In this document: positions 17,467 through 28,127 of the stretch, one piece after another
How positions within the stretch are numbered: the first letter of the stretch is position 1
Layout: each line of letters opens with the position of its first letter
IMG/VR virus record: IMGVR_UViG_3300021430_000595
Direction: 5' to 3' (one strand)
DNA from: a virus
DNA length: 64,000 nucleotides
Translations under genes and position numbers: made by a program
Notes under the pieces: model-generated
Told to the model about the DNA's origin: nothing
The model's input: the letters and a program-made list of their open reading frames with translations, nothing else
The model's database searches: none

Positions 17467-18798
17467 ATGGAGTTTAGAAAAAAAGAATTGTTATCTTTGT
17501 TGAAAGAAGATATTACAGAAATGCCAATGGATTTTGACACTCCCGATAGACCGTATCAGGGAATACAAACAAAACTTGCACAGGGTGATACACCACTCAA
17601 AAAAGTACCGTTACCTCAAACAGGTGATGAACCAAATAAAAACTTCCAAGAATTATTAGCTTCTGAAAGATACAGACAAGTAATTGCTAAAGTTAGAGAG
17701 TATACAGGTATTCAAACACCATTAAGTGGTGAACAAGGTATAATGCCGTTAGCCCAAATGATGATGAACGCACATAATGAAATTGTTGCAACCGAAAGAA
17801 ATCATAAAGAAGCTTTGGAAAACTTGGCTGTTGAATTGGTTAAGAGAGAAATGTCAATACCTGAAGATGCGTTGCAGTTCGACGCTAAAATCGTAGGATT
17901 GGGTGAAGTTAATACTGAAGATTTTAACAGAGACATGGGTGATGAAGAAAACATGGACACTGTTGATGTTGAAACTGATTTAGCTGATGATTTGGCCACC
18001 ATGAATTTAGAAAAAGCCAAGAGAAGATTAATCAATAACATGATACAAGGGGCATCTAAAAAAGGTCACTATATGTATCATTATGTTGCAGATAAAATTA
18101 GAGAGATTACAGGGTCAGAAACATTACTAAATCAATATGGTATATTGATGTCAATTAACGATACATTGTATTGGCAATTAAGTGATGATACCATGAAAAT
18201 GATGATGGGTGGACCCGGAGGTGGTGGTAGTGTTGCCGGTAAAGAAGAAGTTAAAAGAGAAACTAACCCACCAACAATTGTTGCAAGAGCAGTAAATTTT
18301 CCCGCTCTTGTACATGAGTTAATTAAAGGGGTTATGGAATTATTCGCGATTCAAGGTAGACCAACAGATGAAGAAGGTAATGAAGACCCAAGATGGTCTG
18401 AAATCGAACAATCTGAAGATACTTTAGAGAAAGAAATATGGGATTTACGTTTAGGTCCCGCGATTTGGGATAGAATTAGAAATCAATTCCCTGAAGAAAT
18501 ATTGGTTGATGAGAATAAGTTTGAATTACAGAACTATCTAATGCAATCAATATTCCAATTACCAGCTAAACAGTTTTTGGTTTTCATGAAAGAAGTAATA
18601 TCGGGTTCAGAAAATGGAAAACGATTAATGGGTGAATTGTTGAGGGGTATTGATGAGATGTTCAAAGACCAAAATTATCAAGAGGCATTATCAATGTTCC
18701 AAGACGACTTAGATGACGTTACTGACAATACCGATGATGACGATTTAGGTGATTTCTTAGGTGGTTTAGGTATTAGATTATCCGATGATGACGAGTAA
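17467..18798 (+). CDS. Hypothetical protein upstream of terminase
   Basis: 443-aa acidic ORF; contains VHELIKG. Confidence 0.6.
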   Translation: MEFRKKELLSLLKEDITEMPMDFDTPDRPYQGIQTKLAQGDTPLKKVPLPQTGDEPNKNFQELLASERYRQVIAKVREYTGIQTPLSGEQGIMPLAQMMMNAHNEIVATERNHKEALENLAVELVKREMSIPEDALQFDAKIVGLGEVNTEDFNRDMGDEENMDTVDVETDLADDLATMNLEKAKRRLINNMIQGASKKGHYMYHYVADKIREITGSETLLNQYGILMSINDTLYWQLSDDTMKMMMGGPGGGGSVAGKEEVKRETNPPTIVARAVNFPALVHELIKGVMELFAIQGRPTDEEGNEDPRWSEIEQSEDTLEKEIWDLRLGPAIWDRIRNQFPEEILVDENKFELQNYLMQSIFQLPAKQFLVFMKEVISGSENGKRLMGELLRGIDEMFKDQNYQEALSMFQDDLDDVTDNTDDDDLGDFLGGLGIRLSDDDE

Positions 18799-18817
18799 AT
18801 AAATACAACTATAAAGG

Positions 18818-18845
18818 AAAGGGAGGTTTTTACCTCCCTTTTTTT
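18818..18845 (+). terminator. Intrinsic terminator
   Basis: AAGGGAGGT-TTTT-ACCTCCCTT followed by T tract. Confidence 0.85.
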
Positions 18846-18857
18846 GTATTTATATAT

Positions 18858-20630
18858 ATGAGTAATCAGAAAATACAACAGTTAAAGGAATATGCTCGTA
18901 TAATGAAAGACACTCCTTATGCGTTAAAAACATATTTACAAACATACGATAATACACAGAAAAAATTCGTTCCGTTAGAGTTGTTCCCCGACCAAATACA
19001 ACTATTAAAAGACTACGAATCGTATAATGAGAACATAACAAGAAAATATAGACAGGCCGGTGTTACCACCGTAACTGCTGCGTGGATTTCTAAAAGATTA
19101 CAGTTAGCAAAACCGGAAAATCCCGATAAGGTACTTGTAATTGCAAATAAAAAAGATACCGCAGTTGAGATGGCCAATAAGATTAGACATTTCTTAGAAC
19201 AATGGCCTGACTGGATTAATGTTGGTTTCTCACCCGATAAAAACTCAGAAAGTAGATTTAGATTAAACAACGGTTGTGAAGTTAAAGCAGTAGCAACATC
19301 AGGAGATGCTTTACGTGGTTATACACCAACCATTCTTGTATTTGACGAGGCGGCATATATCGAAGCGGGTGAAGACTTTTGGGCCGCATCTATGGCATCC
19401 CTATCTACAGGTGGTAAGATTATCCTTATTTCAACACCAAACGGTTTTGACCCAATTTACTATGGGGTGTATGACCAAGCAATTAGAGGTGTTAATGATT
19501 TCCATATAACCGATTTAAGATGGTTTAAAGACCCAAGATATACAAAGGATTTAAGATGGGTTAAATGTAACGATATTGTTCATTACATGTTACATAGAGA
19601 TTTATATAACGACGATGAGGTTGTTATGACAGATTTTGACATAACTAAATATAATGAGTACTTGGAACAAGGTTATAAACCACTTTCTTCTTGGTTTGAA
19701 GGTATGTCTAAAAAATTCAAGTTCGATAGAAGAAAAATTGCACAAGAATTGGAATGTGACTTCTTGGGTTCAGGTGATGGTGTAATATCAGGTGAGATAC
19801 AAGACAACATCACTAAAAATATGTTGAGAGAACCTAAAGAAAAGTATATGCAAGGTACTTTTTGGCAATGGAAAGAACCTGTTCAAGGTCACAGATATAT
19901 TATGGGTGTTGATGTTAGTAGAGGTGATAGTGAAGACTTCTCATCAATTAATATAATTGATTTTGATGAAAGAGAACAAGTTGCAGAATATGTCGGTAAA
20001 ATACCCCCAGACGATTTAGCATCACTTGCATACAAATGGGGTGTACTTTATGAAGCGTTTATTGTAATTGATATTACCGGTGGTATGGGTGTTGCAACAT
20101 CAAGAAAATTACAGGAAATGAATTATAGAAATCTTTTTATTGATGGTGTTAATGTCAAAAATATTTGGGAATATAATTCAAAAGCAATGGATAAAATCCC
20201 CGGATTGAATTTTAACAATAAAAGAAGTCAAATAATTGCAGCGTTTGAAGAACAGTTAAGGAAAGGATTTCAAGTTAGGTCATCAAGGTTAATGAACGAA
20301 TTGAACACATTTGTTTATATAAACGGTAGAGCAGACCACATGAAAGGTGCACACGATGATGCCATTATGAGTTTATCTATGGCTCTTTATGCTGCGGATA
20401 TTTCATTCACTCAGTTAGAAAGAAACGAAAATGCAAATAAAGCGATGTTGGAATCTTGGACAATATCCGAGAGAACATATGAACCAAATAAATCATTTTA
20501 CTCATATGGAACCGCATTTGACCAAATAGGTTCAATGTCACTTGATGGTCAACAAGTTTTACCTCAAAGACAAAATGCAACAAAAGAACAATATTCACAA
20601 TATTCATGGTTATTTGGTAAAAAAAGATAA
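18858..20630 (+). CDS. Terminase large subunit (T4 gp17-like)
   Basis: RQAGVTT (variant Walker A), LVFDEAA, ISTPNG, QELEC.F.GS, GVDVSRG, HDDAIMS. Confidence 0.93.
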   Translation: MSNQKIQQLKEYARIMKDTPYALKTYLQTYDNTQKKFVPLELFPDQIQLLKDYESYNENITRKYRQAGVTTVTAAWISKRLQLAKPENPDKVLVIANKKDTAVEMANKIRHFLEQWPDWINVGFSPDKNSESRFRLNNGCEVKAVATSGDALRGYTPTILVFDEAAYIEAGEDFWAASMASLSTGGKIILISTPNGFDPIYYGVYDQAIRGVNDFHITDLRWFKDPRYTKDLRWVKCNDIVHYMLHRDLYNDDEVVMTDFDITKYNEYLEQGYKPLSSWFEGMSKKFKFDRRKIAQELECDFLGSGDGVISGEIQDNITKNMLREPKEKYMQGTFWQWKEPVQGHRYIMGVDVSRGDSEDFSSINIIDFDEREQVAEYVGKIPPDDLASLAYKWGVLYEAFIVIDITGGMGVATSRKLQEMNYRNLFIDGVNVKNIWEYNSKAMDKIPGLNFNNKRSQIIAAFEEQLRKGFQVRSSRLMNELNTFVYINGRADHMKGAHDDAIMSLSMALYAADISFTQLERNENANKAMLESWTISERTYEPNKSFYSYGTAFDQIGSMSLDGQQVLPQRQNATKEQYSQYSWLFGKKR

Positions 20631-20682
20631 CCATTTATAATAAACCATTTTTTAATTATATTCTTATAAACTATTTATACGT

Positions 20683-22476
20683 ATGGCAGATAATAATTTG
20701 ACGGTGTTTCAGAGATTAACTAGAATGTTTGGTTTCCCAAACAAACCAACCACTGAACAACCACCGTCGTTTAATTTCGATAAAGAAGAAATTCTAAAAA
20801 CAAGTAGTCGAGAAGAGTACGAAAAAGCGATGTTACAGGCTCAACAAAGTCAATACATTGCAGATAAATGGACTAAGTTAGAACAATCATTATACAATCA
20901 ATCAGTTTACTATGAACCAAATAGATTGGCTGCATATTATGATTACGAGTCCATGGAGTTTACTCCTGAAATTTCCGCAGCTTTGGATATATACGCTGAA
21001 GAATCGACCACATTATCAGAAAAAGGTGAAATTCTTACCGTTTTCTCGGAATCAACAAGAATTAAAAGTATTCTTGAAGACCTATTCATTAATCGACTTG
21101 ATTTAAACACTAACCTACAAATGTGGGCTAGAGGTGTTTGTAAGTACGGTGACAATTTTGTGTATTTAAAAATTGACCCCGAAAAAGGTGTTGTTGGTTG
21201 TCAACAATTACCAAACATTGAGATTGAAAGAATGGAAGGTAGGGAAAGTAAAACACCTAATCAACAGAATCCACTACAATTACCGTCAAGAGAGTTGAGG
21301 TTCCAATGGAAAAATAAAGACATGGAATTCCAAGCGTGGGAAATTGCACACTTTAGATTATTGGGTGACGATAGAAAATTACCATACGGTACATCAATGT
21401 TGGACAAGATAAGAAGAATTTGGAAACAATTACTTCTTGCTGAGGATGCGATGTTAATTTATAGAACAACAAGAGCACCCGAAAGACGTGTCTTTAAAGT
21501 GTTCGTTGGTAACATGGATGATAAAGATATTGAGGCTTACGTACAACGTGTTGCGAATAAATTTAAGAGAGACCAAGTGGTTGATTCAAGAAACGGTCAA
21601 GTTGATATGAGATACAATCAAATGGCGGTTGACCAAGATTATTTCATACCTGTACGTGACCCCGCACAAACTAACCCAATTGAAACATTAGCAGGTGCAC
21701 AAAACTTAGGTGAAATCGCAGATATTGAATATATACAAAAGAAAATGTTAGCTGCGTTACGTATACCAAAAGCGTTCTTAGGTTTTGAAGAAGTTGTTGG
21801 TGATGGAAAAACCTTAGCATTAATGGATATTCGTTTTGCTAGAACAATCAACAGAATCCAAAAATCATTAATACAAGAGTTAAATAAAATTGCATTAATT
21901 CACCTTTACCTTCTTGGTATGGAAGATGAATTAAACAATTTCTCACTTTCATTAACAAACCCATCGGCACAATCTGATTTGTTAAGAATTGAACAATGGA
22001 AAGAGAAAATTACATTGTATAAGGACGCAACTTCAGACCAATCTCAGGTTGGTATTTTACCGGTATCACATACTTGGGCTAAGAAAAATATCTTAGGTAT
22101 GAGTGATAGTGAAGTTATCCAAGATTTACAACAACAAAGACTTGAGAGAGCAATTGGTTTTGAATTAACGAATACTCAAAATGTAATTAAACGTTCTGGT
22201 GTCTTTGATGATGTTGACGCTAAATACGGTGTACCTGAAGAAGAAAGAGTGGAAGGTGGGGAAACACCAGCGGAGGGTGGAATGGATATGGGTGGAGGTG
22301 CACCACCAACACCACCGGCAGGTGGAGGTGAAGGACCTTTAAGTGAAAGTAAAAAAGATAAAATTCTAAGTATGTTGGGTGATAATAACAAATTGGAAGA
22401 CCTTTTTGATATTAATAAAGCACAACAGAATATTTATGAAATAGAAAATAAACTGAAAGATATTTTAAACGAATAA
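20683..22476 (+). CDS. Portal protein (T4 gp20-like)
   Basis: PEISAALDIYA; QLLLAEDAMLIYRTTRAPERRVF.V.VGNM; DYFIPVR; IETLAG; D.RF.R.I.RIQ. Confidence 0.93.
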   Translation: MADNNLTVFQRLTRMFGFPNKPTTEQPPSFNFDKEEILKTSSREEYEKAMLQAQQSQYIADKWTKLEQSLYNQSVYYEPNRLAAYYDYESMEFTPEISAALDIYAEESTTLSEKGEILTVFSESTRIKSILEDLFINRLDLNTNLQMWARGVCKYGDNFVYLKIDPEKGVVGCQQLPNIEIERMEGRESKTPNQQNPLQLPSRELRFQWKNKDMEFQAWEIAHFRLLGDDRKLPYGTSMLDKIRRIWKQLLLAEDAMLIYRTTRAPERRVFKVFVGNMDDKDIEAYVQRVANKFKRDQVVDSRNGQVDMRYNQMAVDQDYFIPVRDPAQTNPIETLAGAQNLGEIADIEYIQKKMLAALRIPKAFLGFEEVVGDGKTLALMDIRFARTINRIQKSLIQELNKIALIHLYLLGMEDELNNFSLSLTNPSAQSDLLRIEQWKEKITLYKDATSDQSQVGILPVSHTWAKKNILGMSDSEVIQDLQQQRLERAIGFELTNTQNVIKRSGVFDDVDAKYGVPEEERVEGGETPAEGGMDMGGGAPPTPPAGGGEGPLSESKKDKILSMLGDNNKLEDLFDINKAQQNIYEIENKLKDILNE

Positions 22477-22481
22477 ATAAA

Positions 22482-23222
22482 ATGACAAACTTCGGAGAAT
22501 TAAAAACAAAACTCTTAACTAAATTAACAGAGTCTTACGCCAATAAAAAAAATGGTGAAGTTAAGGATTTAGTAAAGAAATTAAAATCAAATAAACCATT
22601 AGTGGAGATGTATGTCTTCTACGATGAGATTGAAAACTTGAATATTCAAACAAAAGATAAGGCGAAACTTTATGTGGAGTCTATTGAACCAATCTTAATT
22701 GACAAAATCAAATCTTTGAAAAAAGACATGAAAGAATTTGGAAAAATTCTTAAAGATGTTGTTGTTGAGAACAACGAGTTCTATAGTAGTTTGGATGTTC
22801 TCGCAGAAGAAAATAATATTCACAACATCTCTAAGAAAATTGATGCCAGAGAAAATATTGTTAACTACTTAGTAGCCGAAAAGAAAAAAGAAACAGTTGA
22901 AATACCAACGGTACAAATTGAAAATTTCTCATTACTAAACACAGTTTTGGTAAATAATTTTAACATCAAGTATAGTGAATTCTTAAATGAAGAACAAAAA
23001 GAAACATTTAATAAAATTGTTTCTATGAGTAATGATGAATTGTTGTCAGAAATGACTAACATTAAAAATGAACTAACAACAAAATTAGATAACTTACTTA
23101 GTGAGTCTACAGATGATTCAATGTTAAATAAATTGAAATCTGTTAAGTCTGAGGTCACTAATTCAGACGTGTCAAGATACAACTATTTTAAACTATTGGA
23201 ATTAAAAAACGGATTAATTTGA
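22482..23222 (+). CDS. Hypothetical helical protein in the head module
   Basis: 246 aa; LTES and LSES motifs. Confidence 0.6.
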   Translation: MTNFGELKTKLLTKLTESYANKKNGEVKDLVKKLKSNKPLVEMYVFYDEIENLNIQTKDKAKLYVESIEPILIDKIKSLKKDMKEFGKILKDVVVENNEFYSSLDVLAEENNIHNISKKIDARENIVNYLVAEKKKETVEIPTVQIENFSLLNTVLVNNFNIKYSEFLNEEQKETFNKIVSMSNDELLSEMTNIKNELTTKLDNLLSESTDDSMLNKLKSVKSEVTNSDVSRYNYFKLLELKNGLI

Positions 23223-23414
23223 TTTTTCCTCGTTTGTTCTAATTTGTTGTTTATATGCTGCTTTTAATTTTTTAGCTCTATTAACAACTGACGGTTTAAC
23301 ATACTGTTGTTTTTCTCTTAACTTTTCAGTTTGTTTTGTTTTTTGAACCTTGTATTTGTATTTTTTAAGTGCAGATTCAAGGTTCTTTTCTTTTTTGACG
23401 TTTATTATAATCAT
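23214..23414 (-). CDS. rpsU: Ribosomal protein bS21
   Basis: MIIINV...NLESALKKYK.KV.K....KLRE.Q.YVKPSV.NR....KAAY. Confidence 0.9.
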   Translation of the reverse strand: MIIINVKKEKNLESALKKYKYKVQKTKQTEKLREKQQYVKPSVVNRAKKLKAAYKQQIRTNEEKSN

Positions 23415-23513
23415 AGTCTTTTTATTTAAATATAATGATAAAATTTTGATTTGTTAAGTTTATTGTGTATATTTTGCATACACCATAAAGTATATAAGTA
23501 TTATGAAAAATTA

Positions 23514-23939
23514 ATGAAGAAAGGTAAATTTATCACGGTTGGTAACCACAATAATGTAAAGATTGGTTATGGTACAGTTGATTATAAAAATTTGAAGACA
23601 ATATACATTCAACTAAATTCGTGGACACAACCAACAGTTGAGGAACATGATTTTGACAGATTGATTCTCAAAACCCGCAGAAAAATAAAAGAAAACATCT
23701 ACAATTTAAATTCTGAGTTCTTTAAGAAAGAATCCATTGTTGATTTAGATATAAAAACAAACGGAATTAAGACCAATAAAAGGTCTTTCATGGACTTGGA
23801 AGTTACTCTATACGTAAACAAACCATTCGATGTAAGGTCTAAAGAAATTAAAGATATAGTTAACAATCTATCAAAAAACATAATTGATACAACTTTGACA
23901 GACGAAACTTTATTTAATTTCTTCGAAAAAAAGAATTAA
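23514..23939 (+). CDS. Hypothetical protein
   Basis: Likely start is ATG 23514 (MKKGKF...); divergent from bS21. Confidence 0.6.
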   Translation: MKKGKFITVGNHNNVKIGYGTVDYKNLKTIYIQLNSWTQPTVEEHDFDRLILKTRRKIKENIYNLNSEFFKKESIVDLDIKTNGIKTNKRSFMDLEVTLYVNKPFDVRSKEIKDIVNNLSKNIIDTTLTDETLFNFFEKKN

Positions 23940-23977
23940 TCCAAGATTCAACGTATTTATTATAAAAAATACGTTGG

Positions 23978-24661
23978 ATGAAAATACTTGGACCAAACGA
24001 GACCGGAAAAGGAATATTAATAGAGTACGACGCCGGATTTATATCTCCAAAAGATAATCAAAGAATTATATCTGAGATGAAGGACATCGACTTCTCTGAC
24101 GATATAATTCTTTATGCTGTTTTACAGAAATACGACACTCCAAATAAAAACGGAAGGATTTATCCCGAAGTTCTCTTAAAAAGAGAAAATGAAAAATACC
24201 AAACGTTAATAAAAAAAGGAAGTGCGTTAAACGAATTAAATCACCCAACTTCATCCTTAATTGACTTAGACAGAGTTTCACATTCTATTCTTGAAACTTG
24301 GTGGGATGGAAAAATCTTAATGGGTAAAATAAAATTATTTACATCACCCGGATGGAAAAAAATGGGTATTGTAAGTACCAAAGGTGACCAAGCTGCAATG
24401 TTGTTAATGAATGGTGCAACATTAGGTATTTCTTCAAGAGGTGTTGGTTCACTAAAAAATGTTAAAGGACAAAATATCGTACAAGACGACTTTGAATTGG
24501 TTTGTTTTGATTTGGTGTCATCTCCAAGTACACCCGGAGCATATGTGTTCTCAGATATAAAAGACAGAGAACAGTATCAAGAATCAATAGACGAAAAACC
24601 CCAAGACACAGATAAGATGAAAAATCTCATGTCAAAATTAGACTCCTTTTTAGGTAGATAA
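23978..24661 (+). CDS. Prohead core protease (T4 gp21-like)
   Basis: NKNGRIYP, ELNHP, RVSH, LGISSRGVGSL, FDLVSSPSTPGAY. Confidence 0.93.
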   Translation: MKILGPNETGKGILIEYDAGFISPKDNQRIISEMKDIDFSDDIILYAVLQKYDTPNKNGRIYPEVLLKRENEKYQTLIKKGSALNELNHPTSSLIDLDRVSHSILETWWDGKILMGKIKLFTSPGWKKMGIVSTKGDQAAMLLMNGATLGISSRGVGSLKNVKGQNIVQDDFELVCFDLVSSPSTPGAYVFSDIKDREQYQESIDEKPQDTDKMKNLMSKLDSFLGR

Positions 24662-24741
24662 TAAATTTATTAGAGATTATAATACTATAAACTGTATTTT
24701 TTTACAATAACGACATATTTATTAGTAAACAATTCAATAAA

Positions 24742-25980
24742 ATGAGTAATAAATCAATCCTAGAACAAGCGTTACTTCAAGTACAAACACTTGAAGAAGC
24801 AGTGAAAGCAAATGCAAAGGGTATACTTGCATCAACCATGAAGCAAGAACTAAATGATTTGCTAAAAGAATCTATGGAAGAAGAGGAAGAGGTTGACGAA
24901 CAACCAATTCCTGATGAAGAGACAACAGATGATGTACCGGCAGACGCTGGTGATGAAACAGGTCTTGATAATTCAGATATGGGAGATGATGAAGTATCAT
25001 CTGACGATGACGAACCGTCAAAAGATATCGATTCATTAGATTCAGACGAAAACCCAATGGATGACATGATGGGTAATGAAATGTCTGATGAAGATGATGA
25101 AGATGTTGTTGACATGACCGGTGCCGGTGAAGACGAAATTTTAAAAGTTTTCAAAGCAATGGGTCCAAATGATGGTGTTATCGTTAAGAAAGATGAAGAA
25201 CACATCGAATTATCTGATGGTGATGATGAGTATATCATCAAGTTAGACGAAGAAATGAATTCTGACGAAGATTTAGATGAAGAAATGGACGATGAGTCTA
25301 TGGGTTCAGAAGAATCAATGGAAGAAGGAATGATGTCTGATGAAGAAACAGAAGAAACTGTTTACGAAATTGAACTTGATGCTGATGAAGAATACGTAAG
25401 TGAAGATTGGAACGAAGGAGAGTCACACGATGGTGAAGGTCATGAAGATGACATGAACGAAGGTGATGACGATTCTGAGGAAGAAACTCACGAAAGCGAT
25501 GTTGAAGAATCTGCTCGTACCATGGGTAACGGTTATCACGGAGGATTAAAATCTAAAAAGAAATTCTACGCTGGTAATAAAAGAGAAGAAATCAACGAAG
25601 AAGTTAGTAAACTTAAAAAACAAAACGATGAATACAAGAAAGCTCTTGTACTATTCAAAGAAAAGTTAAATGAGGTTGCAGTATTCAACGCTAACTTAGC
25701 ATACGCTACACGTATATTCACAGAACACTCAACTACCAAACAAGAGAAGTTGAACATACTTAAAAGATTCGATTCAATCTCAACCTTGAAAGAATCTAAA
25801 AATCTTTACAGTGTTATTAAATCTGAATTAGAAACTAAAACACCTGTAACAGAATCAGTGGTTGAAAAAATAACTACAGCACCAACGTCTTCATCTTCAG
25901 GAAAAGTATTGTCGGAATCAAAAGCATACGAAAATCCACAATTCAAGAGAATGAAAGATTTGATGTCAAAGTTAAAATAA
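24742..25980 (+). CDS. Prohead scaffold/core protein (gp22-like position)
   Basis: Highly acidic with a coiled-coil C-terminus; lies between the protease and capsid genes. Confidence 0.75.
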   Translation: MSNKSILEQALLQVQTLEEAVKANAKGILASTMKQELNDLLKESMEEEEEVDEQPIPDEETTDDVPADAGDETGLDNSDMGDDEVSSDDDEPSKDIDSLDSDENPMDDMMGNEMSDEDDEDVVDMTGAGEDEILKVFKAMGPNDGVIVKKDEEHIELSDGDDEYIIKLDEEMNSDEDLDEEMDDESMGSEESMEEGMMSDEETEETVYEIELDADEEYVSEDWNEGESHDGEGHEDDMNEGDDDSEEETHESDVEESARTMGNGYHGGLKSKKKFYAGNKREEINEEVSKLKKQNDEYKKALVLFKEKLNEVAVFNANLAYATRIFTEHSTTKQEKLNILKRFDSISTLKESKNLYSVIKSELETKTPVTESVVEKITTAPTSSSSGKVLSESKAYENPQFKRMKDLMSKLK

Positions 25981-26020
25981 AAATAAAAAATAAACTTAAA
26001 AAACCAAAAAATACAAAAAA

Positions 26021-27751
26021 ATGGGAGCATTATTAGAATCAGGTATGGTTGGTAACATCGGTCTTAAGCACCTTCGCGTTATCAAAGAAGATACCATTAA
26101 AAAATGGGATGACTTAGGATTCCTAGAGGGTCTTAACGGTCACCAAAAAGACAACATCGCACAATTGTATGAAAACCAAGCTTCATACCTAATCAACGAA
26201 GCGGCAGTAGCAGATGCTTCAGGTTCATTCGAAACTGTAGTATTCCCTATCATCCGTCGTGTTTTCTCTAAATTGTTAGCGAATGACATCGTATCAGTAC
26301 AAGCAATGAACTTACCAATCGGTAAATTGTTCTACTTCGTACCTAAAATCCAAGAAAGAACAGCAGGTAACGGACACTATCAACCATATGGTTTCCCTAG
26401 CAGCTTAACTGACCCTAACACTGGTTATACAGGTAACAACTTATATGACCGTTTCTATGAGGGTAGTGATGCTAACGACCAAGGTTTGTTCGACTACTCA
26501 AAAGGTGCATTCAGTACCATTAGTGTAAACCCACATGCGTTTGTTACTTTCTCAGCTGGTTCAGCATCTACATCTGCGGCAGCATTGTCAGGAGCAAGTG
26601 TATCAAGTTTCATTATCGCCGTATCAGGTTTCACAACTTATGATGGTGGTAGTAAACTTGCAGGTCCTAATGGTCACCCAATGGACACTGAAGAATTCTT
26701 AGCTTCATTAGGTGTAACTATCGCGGGTAACACAACTGCTAACAACGGTGCTAAAAACTTCAACGTAGTAACACAGAAGTATGGTAAGGGTATCGTTGAA
26801 TACGGTAGTAAATCTGCGGGTAGAACAGGTAACTACTTTAATGTATGTGACGCTGAAGGTGTTATCTACCTAAGTGTTGACGTAGAAACTTACACTAACA
26901 CATCAGGTTACACTGCAGCTGACTACTCAAGTAACGATTTAGCGTTAGCTAACATCACTGTTTCTTGGAGAGAGTACAGTTCATTAGAATTCGAAGAAGA
27001 AATCGGTGAGGTTTCATTCGACTTGGAATCAGTAACAGTTTCTGTAACTGAAAGAAAATTAAGAGCTAGCTGGTCTCCTGAATTAGCTCAAGACGTAAGT
27101 GCATTCCACAACATCGACGCTGAAGCTGAGTTAACAGCATTGTTATCTGAGCAAATCGCAGCTGAGATTGACCGTGAAATCTTACGTGACCTTCGTAAAG
27201 GTGCAGCTTGGACAGCTAAGTGGGACTATAACGAGTGGAAATACGGTAATGGTGGTTCATCATACGCTGGTTACACTCAAAAAGATTGGAACCAAACATT
27301 GGTTACCAAAATTAACCAAATCTCAGCTCAAATCCACAAAACTACTTTAAGAGGTGGTGCTAACTGGATTGTTGTATCTTCTGAGGTATCAGCAGTATTT
27401 GATGACTTGGAATACTTCCACGTATCAAACGCTCAACCTGAGCAAGACCAATACAACATGGGTATCGAGAAAATCGGTTCATTAGCAGGTCGTTACCAAG
27501 TTTACCGTGACCCTTATTTACCAGCAGGTAAAATCATCATCGGTCACAAAGGTAAATCATTGTTGGACGCTGGTTACATATACGCACCATACGTTCCATT
27601 ACAATTAACACCTACAATGTACAATCCATTTAACTTCACACCAATCAAAGGTATCATGACAAGATACGCTAAGAAAATGGTTAACAACCGTTACTTCGGT
27701 GTGATTAACGTAAATGGTCTACAGACTTTCAGTCTTGACACATTGAGATAA
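26021..27751 (+). CDS. Major capsid protein (T4 gp23-like)
   Basis: LANDIVSVQAMNLP.G; RKLRASWSPELAQD..AFH.IDAEAELT; AEIDREI; DAGYIYAPYVPL; P..GIMTRY. Confidence 0.96.
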   Translation: MGALLESGMVGNIGLKHLRVIKEDTIKKWDDLGFLEGLNGHQKDNIAQLYENQASYLINEAAVADASGSFETVVFPIIRRVFSKLLANDIVSVQAMNLPIGKLFYFVPKIQERTAGNGHYQPYGFPSSLTDPNTGYTGNNLYDRFYEGSDANDQGLFDYSKGAFSTISVNPHAFVTFSAGSASTSAAALSGASVSSFIIAVSGFTTYDGGSKLAGPNGHPMDTEEFLASLGVTIAGNTTANNGAKNFNVVTQKYGKGIVEYGSKSAGRTGNYFNVCDAEGVIYLSVDVETYTNTSGYTAADYSSNDLALANITVSWREYSSLEFEEEIGEVSFDLESVTVSVTERKLRASWSPELAQDVSAFHNIDAEAELTALLSEQIAAEIDREILRDLRKGAAWTAKWDYNEWKYGNGGSSYAGYTQKDWNQTLVTKINQISAQIHKTTLRGGANWIVVSSEVSAVFDDLEYFHVSNAQPEQDQYNMGIEKIGSLAGRYQVYRDPYLPAGKIIIGHKGKSLLDAGYIYAPYVPLQLTPTMYNPFNFTPIKGIMTRYAKKMVNNRYFGVINVNGLQTFSLDTLR

Positions 27752-27772
27752 TCATTAAACATCTCGAAATAG

Positions 27773-27803
27773 AAAGGGGGGACAATGTCCCTCCTTTTTT
27801 TTT
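27773..27803 (+). terminator. Intrinsic terminator after the capsid gene
   Basis: AAAGGGGGGAC-AAT-GTCCCTCCTTT followed by T tract. Confidence 0.8.
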
Positions 27804-27835
27804 GTATAAAAAAGAAAATTGTTTATATTTGCGTT

Positions 27836-28126
27836 ATGAAAAATTATAAATTAGAGAAGTTACAGAATGGTGAAACATTCGTGACAAGTGAGAAAGGTAA
27901 TTCAATGATACCACTAATTAAGTCGGGTCAAGAGCACAAATTAGAACCATGTGATTGGGTTAACACACAACCCGGTGATATTGTTTATTGTAAAGTTAAA
28001 GGTAATTATTATACACATTTAGTTATATCAAAAAACAATGACCGAGGTTGTTTAATTGGTAATAATCGTGGTGGTATTAATGGTTGGACAAAACAAATAT
28101 ACGGTAAAGTAATTGAAGTTCTATAA
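27836..28126 (+). CDS. Peptidase S24/S26-like small protein
   Basis: KGNSMIPLI..G, PGDIV.C, THLV. TATATTTG (27824-27831) lies just before ATG 27836. Confidence 0.65.
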   Translation: MKNYKLEKLQNGETFVTSEKGNSMIPLIKSGQEHKLEPCDWVNTQPGDIVYCKVKGNYYTHLVISKNNDRGCLIGNNRGGINGWTKQIYGKVIEVL

Positions 28127-28127
28127 T

